From NCBI RefSeq assembly GCF_036588685.1, contig NC_086376.1:81137630-81201629 (forward strand): 64,000 bases of DNA, written 5' to 3'. Under the pieces are notes generated by a model. That model searched no databases and had not been told where the DNA came from. It saw nothing but the letters and a program-made list of their open reading frames with translations. This DNA is from Mytilus trossulus. Taxonomy: Eukaryota. Of this stretch, positions 1-13,100 are shown piece after piece. Position 1 is the first letter of the stretch, and the number at the start of each line of letters is the position of its first letter. The position numbers and the translations under genes were made by a program.

Positions 1-12
1 GGCGTACTTATA

Positions 13-404
13 GTATAACTAATCGCCGTATTTGAATATCAAAAATAAGACAACGCGTGACCGAACGACGCATGGATTAATTGAGTGCGCAGCACGAGTT
101 TAATCCATAGCGGCTTTCGTTCACAAGTTGTCTTATTTTTTATATTCAAGTACGGCGATTTGTTATACTTTTTATTACATTGGCTAATGGCTCTTTTTAT
201 GAAATTAATGTAGAAAATTAAAGGAACTATATGTTTTTCCTACGCATTCACAATTTATTTTGATCCGACGTTACCGACGTCTTGACAACGCCTATTGTTG
301 TATGACGTCAGAGAGTGAAATAACCACGTTTATTTCACATGTGAAATTATCGGTTTTTATCTATCTGGGAAATCAATGTAATTTATTGCAACCAATGTAA
401 TAAT
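13..404. repeat. Palindromic MITE-like element: long imperfect hairpin (13-168) followed by a segment bounded by short inverted repeats (TATTACATTGG ... CCAATGTAATA)
   Basis: GTATAACTAATCGCCGTATTTGAATATCAAAAATAAGACAAC pairs with GTTGTCTTATTTTTTATATTCAAGTACGGCGATTTGTTATAC, with inner ATGGATTAA/TTAATCCAT arms. May extend beyond the window start. Confidence 0.6.
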
Positions 405-519
405 AAATTGTAAACCTTGTACCTTTGATAACTTTATACACGCACCTCAATCATACCGTCGCACTTTAAAGAAAGTATATTAAGTGGTGTTAACTAAAAC
501 TAACACATGTAATGTAAAC

Positions 520-590
520 ATGTCAATACTATTAAACTGCAGCTTGGCCTTAACTACAAAATAAAAAAAAGTAGCAAACATGTTCATTCT
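520..590 (-). pseudogene. Degenerate copy of the gene B signal-peptide exon (MNMFAT...)
   Basis: Minus strand ttttag|a ATG AAC ATG TTT GCT matches gene B ttctag|g ATG AAC ATG CTT GCC. The downstream part aligns to FCACGPVAGY only with a frameshift and TAA stops. Flanking intron (~600-655) resembles 13620-13655. Confidence 0.55.
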
Positions 591-1009
591 AAAATATAAA
601 AAATACAGATAGTTATTAATCGGTTAAATTTCAAATTAAAGAAGTTATGTTGAAAAGAAAAGCTAAAGATACCAATAAAACATTCAGGATTATAACCTCG
701 TATAAAAAAGAAGTAAAACATACCATTCCCTCATAAGGTTTCCAAACTTCTCAACGAATTTATCTAAGGTAAAGAAAAATGAACACCCTCGCTCTCTCCC
801 TAAACAGTAAGATAACTTTCAGTGAAATTCAACGTCTTTAAAAATTTACATCCTTACAATTTGTTTAACAGTTCTCTTGTCAGCTTGACGTGTTCTCCTT
901 GAAATTCTTACATTTATTCATTACAACAGTGTTGAAAACGTTAAAACAGTTAATTAAAATGTGCGTCCACTGCGAGTATGAACAAACTTAAATTTTACAA
1001 ATATCGGAA

Positions 1010-1320
1010 GTAAAAGGGGATTTTCAAAAATCTGCAACTTTTGCAATTCTAAATTTAATAGTAAACAAATTGTTTAATTTACACTCTGACATAAACTGTA
1101 ATGATTGTTTCCTGTTGCAAAACACAAGTTGTACATCTTAAGACATCTCTTAATTAACAAGGTTTGTAAATTTCCGCATGACTGTAACTTCCATACAGGT
1201 AGTGGGCTAACATAACCTAGAAAAAGTAACAACACGTCTGGTTGAAAGGTATAAATAAGAAGCTGGAATGTCTTTGTTAGAAAAACTCCAAGGACAGTCC
1301 ATTACCACGCAAATATCCAG
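1010..1320 (+). promoter_or_regulatory. Promoter (TATAAATA 1250-1257) and non-coding exon 1 (ends 1320, donor GTATGT) of gene A1
   Basis: TATA box about 30 nt before a short exon ending CAG|GTATGT. The block is clearly paralogous to 14665-14960. Confidence 0.7.
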
Positions 1321-1547
1321 GTATGTATAAATGACAGTGTAATTTAGTCAAATATGAATAAAATTTACAATTCTATTCAGTTTCCAAAAAAATATATGTT
1401 CATTTTTGTGATACTGGTCTTAATAAGTATTTGTTCGTTTATATTTCAATTATATCAAAAACATGCATAAATTGTTATTTGGATGGAGAGTTGTCTCATT
1501 GGCACTCATACCACATGATCTTCCTATATCTATATAATCTTTTTTAA

Positions 1548-2036
1548 AGGAGTAGGTCCGGTAAGAGCCCTTTTTGGCCCCAAAATATAGCAGTTTTACA
1601 AAATTGTTAAAATGTAAACTTTTAGTTATTTATTGGATAGTAGAATGGTTCTGCTACATAAATATTGGCTGTTTTTGGCAATACAATGCACATATATTGA
1701 GTACTAGCACCATGTGTTCATCTAAAATATTAAAATGGAAGTTGTATTTGATGATAATACATAACATATATAAAGATTGAGGATGAACACGGATGCGGCC
1801 ACTTTCATTTTTGTCAAAAACCATCTGAAAAGTGACATTTGTTCGCATATTTGGTAGATTTTTCATATTTAAGCTTGAATCGGATCGTTTTTTAAGACTA
1901 AATGAGTTTAAATCTTTAACAAAAAATAATTGAAACAAATGAAATAGACACTTAAGTGTTTAAAAAGTGTTCAAAATCTTTCGTCAGATAAAACTGAAAT
2001 TTGAGGCCAAAATCGGTTCTTACCGGACCTACTCTT
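1548..2036. mobile_element. Non-autonomous TIR element (Kolobok-like MITE) in intron 1 of gene A1
   Basis: TIRs AGGAGTAGGTCCGGTAAGA / TCTTACCGGACCTACTCTT, flanked by TTAA / TTGA. A second copy lies at 15357-15924. Confidence 0.75.
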
Positions 2037-2521
2037 TTGACAAAATTGTCAAAATAACTGAGTTTCAGAAAAAGATATTCACATATAAAATCAATCATTT
2101 GTGGCGGTTTAACTTGTGGGTTTTCAAAGCTTTGTAAGAGGGCATAATACGTTTATGTAACTCAGGTTCAGTATACATGATGTATCAGTCCATCCATATA
2201 CCGGTTTTAGATAATGTGGATCCTTAGTATATAATTGGTAGGTCTGAATATCAAATTGATTTGTTGAAAAGTTTAAGGTCCTCAATGTCATTATTTGACA
2301 AATTCAACGCGAAACAATTATCTCAGGCTCGGGAATCTTAACATCCCTTTTGTTTGAGGGTTCTTTTTTTGACATTTCTTTACCAATATTACCTATTTAT
2401 GGACATTTTACCAGCACTTTATCACTGCTTTTAATCTAAGATTGTCAAACATACCACATCTTCATATATTATTTTTTTTATCGATAATCAATATAAATGA
2501 AATCTTAATTATAATTTCAGA

Positions 2522-3894
2522 ATGCAGTTCATAGTTGCTTTGTCTGTTTTGATTGTTTGTGTTTCTGCACAACAAGGTAAGAAACATAATAAGAAACAGA
2601 GTTAATCATAGTCGCCGACTTGGTTAAATAATCCGTTCTTGATCCTACCCCTTCACTTATGTTTTGGCGTGTGAATTATTTATAGAAACAAGTACTTTAT
2701 TTTATCAATATAGTTTTATTTTAAATGGAAACAATTCTTGTTTGTTTCAATATCCATCAGATATCTTTCGCTTATCGTTTATTACATGTTAAGTAAAAAA
2801 CGCGACATTTTCAAAAACGAAATATCGCTTTTTCCGAATTTTCAAAAAGATCTGAAAATTCATGCAATGTTAAAAAAAACTTGCATATTCAACTTAAAAA
2901 AGTATTTTTTTTTTCCTTAACAGATTACAGAAGAAAAAGATCAGGATATGGTAAGAGACAACTAAACCGTCCATTGAGACAAAGGTGTTTCATGTAAAAC
3001 AAACAAAATTATATTATAATGCTATCAAAGTACGGCAGCAGAAATGAAGATCGCAAAAGTCCTTTATAGCGACGTCATAAAAAATAAGATCGAATACTTT
3101 TGTAACATTTAATGTCAGTGACAGATTTGAAAACATTAAAACTTTCATTTAGTAAAAATGGAATAAAGATCAAATAAAAGAGTTTAAGTTTTGGGTTGAT
3201 AATAATCAGATCTAACAGAAACTTATACAAAAAACTTTTAAACTTCCGTCTACAAATTACTTTATCATTGGAATCATTTCAAATATTCAAATACTTTAAA
3301 CCTGTAGGTGGAAGTGGTGGCGATGGATCTGGTCACACCGGAGGTGGAGTCTCTGGTGGAATTGGAGGAGGAGGTTCTGGTGGACTAGGAGGAGGATCGT
3401 CTGGTAGTTTAAGTGGTAACCTTGGAGGTGGTGTTCATGGCGGAGTTTCTAGTGGACATGGAGGAGGATCGTCCGGTAGTTTAAGTGGTAACCTTGAAGG
3501 TGGTGTTGATGGCGGAGTTTCAAGTGGACATGGAGGAGGATCGTCCGGCAGTTTAAGTGGTAACCTTGGAGGTGGTGTTGATGGCGGAGTTTCTAGTGGA
3601 CATGGAGGAGAATCGTCCGGCAGTTTAAGTGGTAACCTTGGAGGTGGTGTTGATGGCGGAGTTTCAAGTGGACATGGAGGAGGATCGTCCGGCAGTTTGA
3701 GTGGTAACCTTGGAGGTGGTGTTCATGGCGGAGTTTCTGGTGGAGGTGGAGGAAGTGTAAGTGGTGGACTAAAAGGAGGAGTTTCCGGAGGTGTAAGTGG
3801 TAATCAAGGTGGAAGTTCACATGGTGCTCTAGGCGGTGGTGGAGGAAGAGTTGGTGGTGGAAAATATGGCGGCAAATCTGGAAAATGGCATTAG
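2522..3894 (+). CDS. Secreted Gly/Ser-rich structural protein A1 (222 aa); coding exons 2522-2576, 2924-2950, 3308-3894
   Basis: Canonical GT-AG phase-1 junctions give MQFIVALSVLIVCVSA-QQDYRRKR|SGYGGSGG... The protein has a signal peptide, an RRKR furin site, five 72-bp (24-aa) GGGSSGSLSGNLGGGV[HD]GGVSSGH repeats and the C-terminus GGGKYGGKSGKWH. AATAAA at 3942-3947. Confidence 0.9.
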
Positions 3895-6180
3895 GAGACA
3901 TAAGCAGGATATTTGATGAGAAAAATAATGTTTTACTTTTCAATAAACTGCTTCATTTACTTTAAGTATTCGATATCTTTCGTTTCCTATAAAATCTTGC
4001 AACTCTGCAGTTTAATGTCGATAGTTATTATTGCTTTCATACAGCCTAAAAAATAGAATGATATATTCTTCAGTATAATTATTTTAATTTGGCTTGTTTG
4101 TCGCATAAAAGTCCATTACTATCTTATTAATCATTAAGAACTTAAAACATGCATTTTTAAAGTCATCCGATGCTTCAAGTAAATTAAAATGAGTCGGGTT
4201 TTCCTGGCCCATAAGGAATAATGATAGCATTTTAAGGATTTTCACCACTTTCTAACACTGCCAAAAAATCTTCATCATCAGTTAACTGAAGTACTTTCAT
4301 TATACAATTCAGAAATGAATTTAAATACGTATCATGACCGTTTAATTTTTTTGATATCTTTAAAAAGCTAAAGCCAGTAGTGCTTTTATCATGCAGTGAA
4401 TACAAAATTCTCAAAAATTCTCAAAAATTAATTTTCACCTGCATGTAAAATTATTTCATATTCTACAGCTGATTTTTTTTATGTCCAATCACACTTCAGA
4501 TGTATTGACCTAAGTAGGTTAAACAAAAGAAAAACATAAATCCTGGAATTCAAACACTACCATACTACCTGCATACCGGTGTTCAAAAGTTATAAATCTT
4601 TTGAGAAAAAAACAAAATCGAGGTACAAACCAAAACCCAAAGAAACACATTTAAAAGAGGAAAACAATAGGAACACCAGGAACACCAAAGTGCAACAAAA
4701 GCAAATACCAAAGCCTATAAAAACGAACTATTTGATAACTACTGCCATATTCCTGACTTGTTACAGGACTTTAATGAAAAGAAAGTTGGTTGAATCTGGT
4801 TTAATGGCTGAAAAGCTCCCGCTTTGTGCAAATGTAAAAACATAACGACAAAATATTAAGTGGCATAGATACAACACAAATATACGCAAGGACATTCATA
4901 ATAGAGAAACGCACAATCAAGTAATACAAAAGTCGACACAACATGCAAACTGCAACAACGAACATATAATTTTACTATAAAACAAGCTTATATAGACCTA
5001 ATTATTGAATTCTTTAGTGTACATATCTTTTAAGTGAATAGTTTTTTTTTCTGCATTTTCGAATCTATATCATACTTAACCTTAAATAACAAATACTACA
5101 TATACTCATATAAATCACTGCAAACTGTGTATAGTAACAATGAATCATCTTTTATCGGTGAACCTGGGAAAGGCAAACGGAGATTTCTTCTTCTTTTTTC
5201 TGTAATTTCCTTCTGTGGTTAGGAGCACTTATCACTTACTTGATTATTCGCAATGGGTTCATATTACACGGTCAAAAATAGCCAAAACCACTGTTATTTT
5301 ACAGTATTAACCGCAATTGTATATTTAAAAGACGATGGGCTTATATTACACGGACACACTTTAATTACCAAATTCATCCAGTTCACAAATCCAATGACAT
5401 TTCGGATGAAAAAAATTGCACTCAAACAAAATTCGAAGCTATAAAATGTAACTTCCGAGATTGAAGAGACCAAATTATTGACTCCAATAAGCATTATCAA
5501 TAAAAAATGAGTTTACACAACATTCGTTACATTGTCGTGAAATCTTAAATTCAGAACCCACATTTCGTAAACATGAAACATGACACAAACAAGGCAAAAT
5601 CAGCAACGCACAAATTAAAATTGATATTTGGCAACTTTTTTCATCCGATCGTCCATTCGCCTTGTGTTGACGAAACGCGCGTCTAGCGTATTGAATTTTA
5701 AACCTGACACCTTTGGTTAGCTATTATTCGTGTGTTTCTCTGTCCTATATGTTCTCCCATTTAGTGGTATTGTAGTCCTATCATGTAATTTTGTCATATT
5801 AATTGCCCTACAAGCGGGAGGTTGGCATGCTATAAAGCCAGGTGCAACCCACTATATTTTTTTTTTTATTAAAATGCCATGTACCAAGTCAGCGAATGGC
5901 CATTGTAATATTATAGTTCGTTTCTGTGTGTGTTACATTTTAATATTGTGTTACATTTTAATATTGTGTTTCAGTTGTATCGTAGTTCTCCTCTTATATT
6001 TAATAGGTTTCGCTCAGTTTAAGGTTGCAGCCCGGATTTGTTTTTTCTTAATCGAATTTCAAACAGCTGTATACTACTGTTGTCTTTATGTTTCTGTCAT
6101 TTCGAAGGATGGGTTACGCGGAATTAAAGTGTCACGAACAGTTTCAACACCCTTTCCATTCTTAATAAATAAATTGGTTT

Positions 6181-6980
6181 GCTAATGTTAAAATTGGTGG
6201 TAAAGACACACTAATATGTTTATTGACACTGGATCAGCAGTGACTCTGATTTTAAACGAAAATTAAGATTAAATAAAATGAAACAAATCATAATTGATTA
6301 AGATTACTTCAACATAAATTAATACTGACAATGAACCATTTACAGTATTGGGAAAACTAAACTTTTAATCACGCTAGGGTTGAAATATTCACAAATTATG
6401 TGACTGACAGGACTAGGTGGTATGTCGGGTATTTACGGCTTTGTAGTTTTTGTCTAGAAGTTCATTTGTAATAGACACAAACAGAGGAGGTTACGCTCTC
6501 CCTAGGTTGATATCCAACTACTTGCAATCTATTGGAAATTGCTGATACTGAAAATAACTCACTTTTACTCACAGTCAAACGGTAAAATAGAGTACTATAA
6601 AAGAACCTTTAAATGTTGTCAATGCAAAATAACAAAAATATCGAACTCCGAGGAAAATTCAAAATGGAAAGTCCCTAATCTAATATCAAAATCAAAATCT
6701 CAAACACATCAAACGAATGGAAAACAACGGTCATATTCCTGACTTGGAACAGGCATTTTTTTGTAGAAATTGTGAAAATTAAGAAGATTGAGATATCTAT
6801 CTCCCTTGTGTTACCATGTCCTTCAGACCATGTAACCACAAAAGTACGATATGCTCTTGAACGTATTAATGATAGAACACGAAATATTATTTCCAATTGT
6901 TATTGTAACCGAGTCAAACCTCTATAAAAATATAAGCTACTATTCAAGTTTATACATGGGAAGGATGCGCGACTCCATGC
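6181..6980 (+). mobile_element. Highly decayed Ty3/Gypsy LTR-retrotransposon relic (protease and integrase fragments)
   Basis: IDTGSAVTLI retropepsin motif at ~6222, YSQSNGKIE (integrase HPQSNG-like) at ~6565 and FIHGKDARL (YGRDARLP-like) at ~6950. Frameshifted and interrupted by another repeat. Confidence 0.5.
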
Positions 6981-7160
6981 AAAGAATTTTTGATGTAGTT
7001 CATGAAAATTTATAGTCATATATGTATATTCCATAGACAGAAAATATACTATGAATGGAAACAAAGGGGAAAAAAATACTGTTTATTCCAGAAGAAGGGT
7101 GCATGGGTATGATCTAAGGATATATTACAGTTATCAAAAGTACCAGGATTATAATTTAAT

Positions 7161-7204
7161 ACGCCAGACGCGCGTTTCGTCTACATAAGACTCATCAGTG
7201 ACGC
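7161..7204 (-). ncRNA. Type I minimal hammerhead ribozyme (intact core)
   Basis: Minus strand reads GCGUCA CUGAUGA GUCU-UAUGU-AGAC GAAA CGCGCG UC UGGCGU: conserved CUGAUGA/GAAA core, GUC cleavage triplet and palindromic short helix III. Confidence 0.85.
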
Positions 7205-7515
7205 TCAGATCAAAATAGTTTAAAAGCCAAACAAATACAAAGTTGAAGAGCATTGAGGACCCAAAATTCAAAAAAGTTGTACCAAATACGGCTAAGGAAA
7301 TCTACTCCTGGGGAAAGAAAATCCTTAGCTTTTCGAAAAATTCAAAGTTTTGTAAACAGAAAATTTATAAAAATGACCATATAATTGATATTCATGTCAA
7401 CACCGAAGTGCTGACTACTGGGCTGGTGATACCCTCGGGGACGAAACGTCCACCAGCAGTGGCATCGACCCAGTGGTGTTAACAGTTATCAAAAGTACCA
7501 GGATTATAATTTAAT

Positions 7516-7559
7516 ACGCCAGACGCGCGTTTCGTCTACATAAGATTCATCAGTGACGC
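7516..7559 (-). ncRNA. Second hammerhead copy with a G>A change at the base of helix II (probably impaired)
   Basis: Reads CUGAUGA-AUCU...AGAC-GAAA instead of CUGAUGA-GUCU...AGAC-GAAA. Confidence 0.7.
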
Positions 7560-7931
7560 TCAGATCAATGACCCGAGTCCCCGGTATACGTACATGGACA
7601 ATTGTTTTGCCTATGGTATTAACATACTTGCGATACTGCGAGTAACTATTGATTAATCTGGATCAATATCAAAACGTCGAATATGTCTATGTGTACAAAT
7701 TTAATATGAACTAGAACACACCCGTGATATCGGCGGTCTGTGACTGAATTAAAGAATATAACTATGCGTAAGGATGGAAATAAAACTATTTGAAGAGGCG
7801 ATTGTGATGAACAAAATATGGAAAACTATTGAGTTCTTTTAAACCACAGGGGTGATGCAGTGTCGCATTAATGGGTGCAAGGGTGAACAATTTGGACCAG
7901 CGCCTTCCCTTTCATGAATGTGACCTGCCGA

Positions 7932-8664
7932 ATAACAAACTGACAACGCCATGGCTAAAAATGAAAAAGACAAACAGACAAACAATAGTACACATGACAC
8001 AACATAGAAAACTAAAGAATAAACAACACGAACCCCACCAAAAACTAGGGGTGATCTCAGGTGCTTCGGAAGGGTAAGCAGATCCTGTTCCACATGTGGC
8101 ACCCGTCGTGTTGCTTATGTGATATCAAATCCGGTAAATAGTGTAATTCGGTAGGTCGCATTCATGAAAGGGAAGGGGATTGTAGCTACGACGTACGGAA
8201 CATATTCGATATCATTTGTGAAACGGTTATTCCATAACGATCAACCAACTCGTGGTGGAAATAGCTTCCTTGTGAGCAGCAACCCTCTATCAAGAAAATC
8301 ATGCATGATAGAAAATGCAAGCACGGGAATATCGTATCAATTGGGAGATATACACCTCGTATGCAGGTGCTGCTGGAATGTTGCTACTTAGAAATGGAAA
8401 GTTCACAATTGGAAAGCTGAAATCATCTCTTTTGTCGTAAAGTTTTGTTTTCAACCGATCCTCATTGTCAATTTCTAGATGTAAGTCAAGATATGAAGCC
8501 GACTTAACTGTATCTGAAGTATCCTTTATCTCTAGTTCGATGCGTTCCACATAGTCACCAAATTTTGAACTATTTAGTGAAAGAACATCATCTATATAGC
8601 GGAAAGCAGAGTTAAAGGAGATTGCTAACTTCTTATCTTTCTCCGAAAGATTTGGGTTTACCAT
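7932..8664 (-). mobile_element. Penelope-like element fragment (reverse transcriptase C-terminal part plus 3' region)
   Basis: ORF 8299-8664 encodes FRYIDDVL...SYLDL...LYDKRDDFSFPIVNFPFLSSNIPAAPAY..YISQLIRYSRAC, typical of PLE RT palm/thumb. The 3' part recurs at 12389-12620 and 20060-20620. Confidence 0.8.
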
Positions 8665-10133
8665 AAATATGCAAATATTTCTAATCAGATTTGGGACATT
8701 ATATATCCATTGGATTATTTGGTTAATTGGTGTGCACGGAACATTTGCACCAAATTCATCAAGTAGACTTTTAAAATCGTCTTTTTCATCTTTTAATGCT
8801 AAAACTCTTTAAAGACTGGATTTTCGCAGATGAATAATCTCCTTTAAAGCAGCACCCCGATGGTGCCTTTATCTCCTTTGCCTAACTAGAAATTAGTATC
8901 AGGACACGACTCTTTCATGGGAAGAACATTTGATAACCTGTGGGAAGGATGATTTTAAAAATAAATATGCTGGCCTTGTAAGAGCTGAATATAAATAACC
9001 TTTTATAAGACATGATGTAAATGAACCCAAAATCCGGAAACAATTATGTACAAAAGTGAGGTAAAAAAGACGCGTGTAAGAACAAAATCAATGTCAATCC
9101 GCAAAAAAAATCCTCCAGCCCAAACCTTCCTGAATATAAAATGGTCGTTCTCTCATGCCCTAAGATCAACTATGTTTACATGAATTATCTCTTTGAAATG
9201 TAATTTATATTACACATTGCCTTTGAGCACTCTCACACATACATTTCTCATCACATTATGAAATGTATATCAAAGGTGTATAATATTTGAAAGGTTTGAA
9301 AGTTTCGATAATTATAGCCGATCAAATGACTTATGCCCCTTAAAAATTGAAGAAAAAAATTCAAAAAGATTTTTTAGGAAAAAATCAAAAACAATCAAAA
9401 CCATATTGATTAAGTAATTGCTGTTGGACTAACAAAATGAGTGTATCAGCGTTGGACTTTGGAACGCAGCTCTTCTTTTTTTATTATTAGAATTCAGCTT
9501 CGTTTTTACATGATCAGTAATGTTACTTTGCTACAATCATCCAGCATAAAGTTTGGGACTGAAGTTCATTCTGGTTTTTTTTTGTATAGCATTCGATTCA
9601 GCCTACTTTATCAATTTCTTCTTTCTTTAGTGGTGTTTTAAACATGCTTCGTCTAAAACTTAACACAGCTGTTTTCCAGGCTACAGAAAAATCCCTAGGG
9701 TTTCAGGAGCCCATAACTTCTATGGCCACATGAATTATCGTTGATACGTTCATTTCGATGATTTCATTAATTACAAAATTCTGAATTTTTCGAAATACTA
9801 AAAAAAATCTTCACTAGGAATACATAAATTTAGCTTCCGTAGCAAAACCTTTCGTAATTTGGGGTTTTCAATACTAGATTATTCTTTATACTAAATTTGA
9901 AGTATTTAACCTTTTCATGCGAGCGTCACTGGTTGGTCTTATTTATACATGAAAAGTTTTAACCCTGGTACCTATAATGTGAGTTTGTTACTCACTGCGG
10001 CAACAAACTCTTAGTCAGTTTTTGTTCATCTAGAGCAACTAGAACATCTGCTACATGTTACGATTTATATATATAGCTACTTGTACATAAAAACGCAAAA
10101 TGTTTTTGAGTAGTTTATTATTTTTTATTTGAA

Positions 10134-13100
10134 TTACGCATTGTCTTTATATTTTCCATTCCATTTCCCAGAACTTCCACCCCATTTTCCTCCACCTCCT
10201 GCCTTTGCCCCACCTGATCCACTACCACCAATACTGCTGCTAAAACTGGAACTAAAACTTGAGCCACTGCTATTAGAACTTGAGCTTGACTTTGCATTTG
10301 ACTTTGACGAACTGGAACCTGTTGCAAAAGCGCTACTATGTGCATTTGATCCACCACCCATCACAGCTCCTCCAGAAGATGGGACACCTCCACTCGAGGA
10401 AATGCCTGTTTTAACGTTAATGCCAGACCCTGTACCGCCAGACTGTGCTAAACTCGACCCAAATGAACTACCACCATCTAAACTGCTAGAACTAGAAAAT
10501 GCCGAAGTACCACCACCTTGGACGCTACCACCAGCCATACCCATGTTTCCTCCAGAAACACCAGATTTTATCTTAATCCCAATATCTTCTCCAACCCGCC
10601 CTCTGATAGACGCAGATTTACTGGAACTACTACCTAACCCAGTGGATCCAGCACCAGTTACACTTCCACCTACTCCACCGCCGATGTTACCAGACATACC
10701 AGAATCATGTGTAGCCTGTAATCCTCCTTGACTGGCACCAGCAGAACCAGAATGTGACAAACTTGATAAAATACCAGAAGAACCACCGACACTGCCACCA
10801 ATCTGCGTACCTCCATTACCAGCGGCCCCGTCGATTCCACCAGAACCACCAACACTGCTGTCAATCTGAGCACCTCCGTTACCAGACACACCCGCATCAG
10901 CGGCACCATTGCTTCCACCAGAACCTCCAGTTTGTATACGCATTCTTATTCCACTTACGCCACTCGTACCACTGCTTGTCTGTGAGGATTTAACATTAAC
11001 ACCTACAGCCCTGTTATTGTTATCTGCACCAGAACTAGAACCAGAAATGCCAATTTTTGTTTGACCACCACTTCCTCCAGATATTCCTATTCTTGTTTCA
11101 CCACCACTTCCACCAGAAATTCCCAATCTTGTTTCACCATTATTGCCGCCAGAAATAGCCATTATTGTTTCACCACCATTTCCATTATCATCATCGTTAC
11201 CATTACCACCAACTGAACCATTTTGATCGTTATCACTACCAGATCTAGAGATACTTCCAGCTAAGTTTCCACTAACTGAGCCAGATGTTCCTCCACCTAT
11301 ACCACTACTGCCACTCATCCCCACTCTGTTTACACCTGAATGGCCAGCATTGACTTTCATACCAATGCCTCCACCGATATTTCCTCCAAATGAGCCACTG
11401 CTACCAACACTGACTTTTGATATACCACCAGTTGATGTACCTACACTAGCACCAGAAATACCACCTGCACCGCCTACACCTATACTACCACTACTTCCAA
11501 TTCCGCCACCAAATCCAGTTCCCATTCCAACGCGTCCTTTAAGTCCAACACTACCACCTTGAGAAAATCCACTCTTCATTTTTATACCAATTCCGCTAGA
11601 TATCGAGTTTGATAACCCACCGCCAGAGCCGATTCCAATTCCACCACTGACACCTGAACTAGACATCGAGTGTGATGAACCACCGCCAGAGCTGAATCCA
11701 ACTCCACCACCTACATGTGAGCTTGACATCGAGCTTGATGAGCCACCGCCAGAGCCGAATCCAATTCCTCCGCTTACACCTGAGCTTGAAATCGAGTTTA
11801 AGCCACTGTCAGTGCTTAATCCAACTCCACCGCCTACACCTAAGCCTGCTCCGCTGCCTATACCAATGTTTGCTGATCCACCACTCGATGAACTGAAGCT
11901 GGATTTGAATTTGCTACTGAAGGATCCACCAATTTTGCCACCAACTCCGCCACCAACTCCACCGCCCAATCCAATGCCGTGGTTTGCATTACCTCCACAG
12001 TCATCATCGCAAGCATGTCTTTTACCAGTAGCTGTAAAACAATTAAGAAAATCAGATGATTTTATCATGACTTTACCGACGGCATTATATATTTTTTCTT
12101 TATGCGAGTTTTATCGTTATCATAATGCAAGTTGTCTTATGTCAATCAGGACCTAATATAACCCCCCCAAAAGAGATATTTTTTTTTAAATCAATTTATT
12201 CCTGAAGGAATATTCTACAAAAATAAAAACATAAGGTACAGCAAATCATGCATGAAAGTTAACAAATTCACATAGTATATGGTTTCATTTCAATGTATCC
12301 GATTGAACGGTGGCAAAGTTTTTTATGCTCCATCTAGGGGTATTATGTCTTTTCGGTCTGTGCGTCTGTTAGCCATACGTCAGTCTTAAGCAACACGACG
12401 GGTGTCACATGTGGAGCAGGATCTGCTTACCCTTCTGGAGCACATGAGATCACCTCTAGTTTTTGGTGGGGTTCGTGTTACTTATTCTTTAGTTTGCTAT
12501 GTTGTGTTATGTGCACTATTGTTTGTCTATTTGTCCTTTTCATTTTTAGCCATGGCGTTGTCAGTTTATTGTCGATTTATGAGTTTGAATGTCCCTCTGG
12601 TATCTTTCGTCCCTCTTTTAAATCCAATCAATAATACACAAATCAAAATAGAAGTTAGACTTGATACATGCACAAAGACTAACAATACATGGTCCTTGTA
12701 GCTTGACTTGGAACATGCACAATTAGATGTAGCCAGATATAGAAGTATTATCTTCTTGTCGTAGTCACAATTCATACTCCCTTTCGATGTTTGACCCGTT
12801 TGTTTATACTTCTAGAAGAACAGAAATTGTTTATTGTTCGAAGGCCACCTTGTTTCCTCTTGTTTGTTCGGAGTTAGAGTTATTAAAAATTTAGTTTTAT
12901 TTGGGTTTCTTTACATATGTTCATAGTGTGGCCTGTCCTTGAAGTTTACACTTGGAATAATCCTTTTGTATCTTCTTGTTTTTCCTCGTATTGATGAAGC
13001 ACTTGAAAATCTATAGCATGTTTTTGTGGTCATAAGATTAAACCAAAGTGACCATTCTCCTGTTCCAAGTTGTCATCAATGTTTTTGGTTTTGTTTTATC

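Larger units (their letters stand above)
7127..7566 (-). mobile_element. Non-LTR retrozyme / Penelope pLTR-like unit: 355-bp monomer bracketed by two hammerhead ribozymes
   Basis: ACAGTTATCAAAAGTACCAGG...GCTCAGATC occurs at 7127 and 7482 (355-bp period). Each copy contains a type I hammerhead on the minus strand. Confidence 0.8.

Noticed and set aside
5669-5690. Additional hammerhead-like matches (also ~9925 and ~49690)
   Set aside because: Each lacks half of the catalytic core (CUGAUGA or GAAA), so they are treated as relics.
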